From Catajapyx aquilonaris (taxonomy: Eukaryota): DNA of 40,804 nucleotides. Below the pieces are notes generated by a model. That model was not told the origin of the DNA, searched no databases, and was given only the letters and a program-made list of their open reading frames with translations. The DNA is taken from positions 62,001-102,804 of the forward strand of contig KZ538202.1 in NCBI GenBank assembly GCA_000934665.2, read 5' to 3'. Shown here one piece after another: positions 36,001-40,804 of this stretch; the stretch's first letter is position 1, and each line of letters opens with the position of its first letter. The position numbers were made by a program, and so were the translations under genes.

Positions 36001-37946
36001 ACTGAAGAACCAGAATAAAAGTCATGCACATCTCAACATCTGACATGTAATATACAGGATGTTCAGTAATTATACCAGCAAGATTCAAGGGTAAATTCAT
36101 GGGGGCAAGAGAATGATATTTTTATGTATAGGTTTTTAGTTTCCATACCCTCATCGTTATTGAGACAGTGGGCTGCAAACACCAGGCATAAAATATCCTG
36201 ACAGATATTCACTCCTACGTGCGACCTTGCATTTTTCATTTCAACTAAAGTATATGTTAGGATTCAAGTTTAATTTAAACTGAGGTCTCATTAGGTGCAG
36301 CTGGAAGTGGACGAGATGATATAAATATTGTAAGCTGTAGGACATGGTGATGTAACTAACTTACAAGTCATTTACTTTTTAAACCAAGTAACTTATTTAC
36401 TAACTAATTGCTTTTAGCAGTAACTAGTTATTATTAAAGTAACCTACCCAACTCTGGGTGTAACTCACCATTTGATATTATCTCAGTAACGAGGATGTGG
36501 AGATCAATGACAACCTCTATTCATAAAGATTAGTGATCCTCTTATCAGGAGTTCTCAGAACATTATCATAATTATTATTACGAACACCCTCTAGTCTAGA
36601 AAAAATTACTTATATTTCCTCGATTGCGAAATACATTACAGATTACACCATTACATTTTCTCAGACTTTAATCTGTTCATTTTTTTTAGCAGATGCACGG
36701 ATAACACCGATTAATTTATTTATTCATTTTATTTTATTTATTTTACCCCATTGGAGGGCAGAGCCCTTTTAGGGGGACACAACGCCATCGCTTATACATG
36801 AATACGTCACTAGTCAAGAGAACTTCCTCTACATAAGTACGGATACATCCATGTAATTGGTTGGCCAAACTCGCCCATCTCTCAGTCGCACATTTCTATT
36901 CTTTTAATTACGTTTTCTAAGAAGTTATTCAGGTTGAAGGATTGTTCTTTGGTTATGTCAGCCAGCATTAACAGAAAACGGTCAGGAGGGTAGGTAGGCA
37001 AGCTGTACAGATAGGCCTATGCATGTCTGGGGGTACGGAAAAAGGGACAAGTGTAGATTATATGGTGGGGGGTGAATGGTTCGGCGATGTTACACCAAGT
37101 ACAGTCCTCCGTGTAGTCAAAAATCAGCCGGCGGCCCAAAATGAAAAGGCTCTGAGATAACACCGATTAATCAGCACCTGGATAATCGGGAGTACAGTGT
37201 ATCTCAGAAACAAAGAAATATAAGTCTTTATTCAGAAGACCAACTAAAAATCTATGGTAAGTTTTTATTATTATGATTAAACTTAAAAGAGGTTATGTAG
37301 GCCTACAGCAGTTCATTAAAAATCTCAGAATAGTTCATTTATGGCATATAGGACCACTTTCGGCTTATCCGTGTTTACTGATTATCCGGGCACACCCGAG
37401 AATTCCTTAACACGGATAAATCGGGAGTATAGTGCATTTGTTGCAATTTTCCTACTTCAGTTCACAACCTACACTTCGCAACATGGACAAGCCAAAATCG
37501 GCTATCTTCAAATCTTTATCATTACGCCATTAGGCCAATCGTGACAGGTACATATTAAGCTCTTGATTATGACATGATCAAAATTTTTTAAAAAAATTAA
37601 ATTTTAAAATAGAGGCATTCCTTGGCCAAGTGCATAAGCACTGCCCTAAACTATAGATACTCAAAATATATACTGGTACCGGACTATGGAGCAATTTTTC
37701 CTTCCTGGTTTCTACATCGACTCCTTTTAACGGTCGTATCAGCACGAACACTGTGCCCACATGTAGACATGACCTCAGAATCTTCTCCAGAAGTGCTTTC
37801 CCGACAAAACCCGTGCCTCCAGTCACCAATACATCTCTTCCTGAAAAGAAGGTCGAAATATTTTCAGTGGCGCCTTCTACACCGTTGTCTAATGAGCCGT
37901 CTTTGATAGCTTCAATGCCCATTTTGTGTCCTCGACTCAGCAACAT
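33069..37946 (-). CDS. FAR: Fatty acyl-CoA reductase paralog C, divergent, complete; coding exons 37946-37680, 34591-34072, 33901-33477, 33416-33069 (about 519 aa; alternative start Met at 37922)
   Basis: VTGGTGFVGK, VEGDL, HVSTVYCN, NTYVLTKSVAE, VRPSI, DPEPGWV, DMVPVD, FFITEDWVF, INWDTHL..GVRRF and a C-terminal hydrophobic segment. Introns are GT-AG. The third intron (33476-33417) is in-frame and stop-free, so its exact use is uncertain. Confidence 0.92.
36716..37155 (-). mobile_element. 5'-truncated non-LTR retrotransposon (LINE 3' end) in FAR-C intron 1
   Basis: 16-bp TSD GATAACACCGATTAAT at 36700-36715 and 37156-37171, and an A-rich (TAAA)n tail at about 36716-36745. Minus-strand translation DCTWCNIAEPFTPHHIIYTCPFFR is a CX2CX9HX4C knuckle typical of LINE ORF2 C-termini; one in-frame TAG follows. 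Confidence 0.85.
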
Positions 37947-38871
37947 GCTGTACGACACAGAGAGTGAAGCTCAATTCAGTCCAGGTTCCCTAAAGTACAG
38001 TACTTTGGGTGACCAGGGGTTACCCAACACAGGCTTCTGTAGGTGCCATCTAGGAGCAGCTGAGATACTTTCACCTGAAGATTTGTGTTGGTGTCGTCTG
38101 TTGTAGACCTTGACCTTCGCGAGAAATTTTATGACCTGGACCCACTTGCGGACTCAGCGTTGCTCTTGTCACGTGCGTAAAAAAGTGTTTACATTGTCAA
38201 AAGTTACGTGCTGTTCACAATTAGCTGATCTTGGCACTGACGTGACTGAGGTGGTCATAAAAATTTAGTGTCGTGTGTGAACACTGTATTTGTAATGGTT
38301 ATCTCGACACATGACTTGCTATGTATTTTTATATAAATTATAGCTTATTAAATTATAAGTAATACACTTTGAGTGTTTCAGGTAGGATAAGTGCGTTTCA
38401 TCTCTTAATTAATACAGAGCAGTAAATATGGATGTACAGTACTCTGGGGATTAATTCACCTATAAAAAGTATTCTTCCCATTGCATCACTCGTCACTACT
38501 CTCTTTATAGGGCAATGCAATGCTTATGGATGTGTACTTAATATTATGCAAGCACTGTGACTGTAAGCAGAAGCATTCTGTTTATGGCCTATGTAATTTT
38601 ATTGTCTATTAACACGATGAAAATTGCGAAACTTGTGTATGTGAAAGAAGTGTGAAGGCAATGAACGTTTATTACCAAGTTTACTTAGTAAACCATAAGA
38701 GGATATGAAGCACTTGTATTATTTTTTGTTCATTTGAAGCAGGCGTTATGGTACAGTACAGCACTGAAGAGCCTTTCGCTGATGAACCCTATATGGTAAT
38801 AGTGACACAGCAACAAAGGAATTCAGGAAATGAATTTGACTTTTGCGTCAACGTCAGGGGACGAGAGGTTT

Positions 38872-38940
38872 TGTGGCAAAATGAGGAAACGGGAGAACCT
38901 TGACAAACTTCCAGTAATATGGAGAGAACCTCTCAAACTA
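38872..38940 (-). mobile_element. Degenerate fragment of the same V-SINE-like core
   Basis: GGAAACGGGAGAACC...GGAGAGAACC...AAACTA matches 15769-15826. Confidence 0.55.
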
Positions 38941-39839
38941 ATCATGTTACTTAGAAATTGAATCATTAAGGGTTGGTTGCATGATCTATAGTAAATTCAG
39001 AATTAGTGATTAATCCTATGTGAATGGCATAGATTAACAACGTGTTCAGGATTTACCATCGATCACGTATTCGGACCTAAGGGTGTTGAGCACCAAACTC
39101 AGGAAAGCAAATCAAGAGATTTTGCTGTAAACCTGTTGTTATTAATAATTGTGGGTTAATTGGTTGTCAACAATTCATAACAATAAGCGAAATCTGACCT
39201 GATTTGTTTCACTGACTGCGAGTTCATTCCTCCTGTCCCAAGTACTAGTAACTAGCACATATTTAATTATATCTTATTCTACTCAATACCAGTAAATTGT
39301 TGTGAAAATAAAATCTTGGAAGCATTTAAGTATTTCAGAGCACCCACATTCTGGACAGGCAATCATTTTGAGATGCCAAAATGTAGTCAAGTGATAGCTA
39401 TCGCACATGTAGGCTATAGCCTATAGGCATATACACACAAAACAAAAGCACATTTGAGATGTTACTTCGGAAACACGTTACATTCACAATGACCAGTAGC
39501 TATCATAAGGTCACATCTCATATGAAGGTCATTGAAAGCAACCTTGTTGTCGACTCAAACAATACGAGAGGAATGGTTGCAACATTCTAGGCCTACTCTA
39601 TAGTGAACATTTCCAAGTCAAATATGGCGGTACAACGGGCAAAGACCGTACTTGGACTTGAGCCAGATTAAATTGTTGAGGAAGTCTTGGGATGGTACTG
39701 TCTCAAGGCCAGAAGCAGCGGCATAAACATGGATGAGATAGGTGTTTCACCCGACTTAGATGAACTCTATACAAGATGTTTCTGATTAGTGGAAGATCCC
39801 GCCTCCAGAATAATCGTTGGCCCAATAAAAGTTAATAAC

Positions 39840-40104
39840 ATATGAAGACCTCGGGGGAAGAACGATCAAGGTCCACTTTTTGTCAAAATTGAGTTACATA
39901 TCTCAGAAGATACTTTCACTATAGTGTGTAATAATTGTGATGGTTTGGTCATGGTTGTGGAGTAATGATCATAGGTCACTATGGAAGGCCCCGAAAGTGT
40001 GATTTACAATTATTGAGCCTTATGGGCCTTCGAAATTTAAAATTGGAATATCTCAGTTTCACCTGAGGTGGACCTTGATCGTTCTTCCCCCGAGGTCTTC
40101 ATAT
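39840..40104. mobile_element. Element bounded by perfect 37-bp inverted repeats (MITE-like)
   Basis: ATATGAAGACCTCGGGGGAAGAACGATCAAGGTCCAC (39840-39876) and its exact reverse complement (40068-40104). Confidence 0.7.
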
Positions 40105-40300
40105 ATAGGGATGGTAAATGTTGAGAGACTAACCAATAGGTAGACGACCAGACGTTTGTCTGCCCCTGACCTCTGTCAGATTGGTACAACCACCTGCAGT
40201 GGTTGCCTAAGAGCAGGATGCGAAGAAGTTTGCTATGCATGAGGAGTTTACTGCTTATAAAGTAGGTTGTCGTAAGTTATTGTTCCCTCACACATGTATA

Positions 40301-40446
40301 TACTATGGGGCTGAAATTGTTTTGGCCACTTTATCCTGGTCTTGAAGCAACCCTTCACACACACACACCTGCTCAACGTGGGGCCTGTGCGAAGGGTCCC
40401 TTCAAGACCAGGATAAAGTGGCCAAAACAATTTGAGTCCCATAGTA
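40301..40446. repeat. Foldback hairpin with perfect 34-bp arms
   Basis: AAATTGTTTTGGCCACTTTATCCTGGTCTTGAAG (40314-40347) / revcomp (40400-40433); pairing extends imperfectly inward and outward. Confidence 0.85.
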
Positions 40447-40804
40447 CATGGTAGTGAAATGTGGATTTGGTGAGATAGACATAAGATCAGGCTGAAAAAA
40501 CCATAACCAGCATTCCTGATAATATTGATATTCCAGCCTCGAACCCATAGTTCGCGTAGGTCTTCGAGATCTTTCAGAGTCATAATTTTGAACGTGTTTG
40601 TACAGATGGATTGTAAGTCTATTCAATTAATTAGTTTTAAGGTCCGTATAACTGTGTCCAACTGAAGAGAGAATATACTGTATTTTAGTCTATTAGTCCA
40701 TGGCAACTTAAGAGGCTAGACTAGTGGGCCTACTTACTCAAATTTTCGCCAGTAGCGCTGCATGTTGACTACACTAGCGACCACTGGTGACAGTCTACGA
40801 AACT

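Overview
Eukaryotic (most likely arthropod) AT-rich genomic DNA with spliceosomal introns and two assembly gaps. It carries a tandem array of three minus-strand fatty acyl-CoA reductase (FAR) genes. FAR-A (2177 to <414) runs off the left edge. FAR-B (12598-8438) has 7 coding exons and 541 aa. FAR-C (37946-33069) has 4 coding exons and about 519 aa; it is divergent and lacks three introns seen in FAR-B. Intergenic and intronic DNA holds tRNA-derived SINEs (two with exact target-site duplications), LINE remnants, several MITEs/foldbacks and short near-perfect palindromes. Two things stand out. (1) A stand-alone, intron-containing tRNA-like Pol III gene (26697-26560, minus) on a tRNA-Tyr-like scaffold whose anticodon position reads TTA (cognate to the UAA stop). 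All four stems pair, the 65-nt intron is structured and canonically placed, and it has an upstream TATA/E-box/CRE and a T6 terminator. (2) A decayed, intron-retaining 5' fragment of an API5 (apoptosis inhibitor 5) gene (about 31428-32030, plus). All family calls are from manual reading; no database searches were run.
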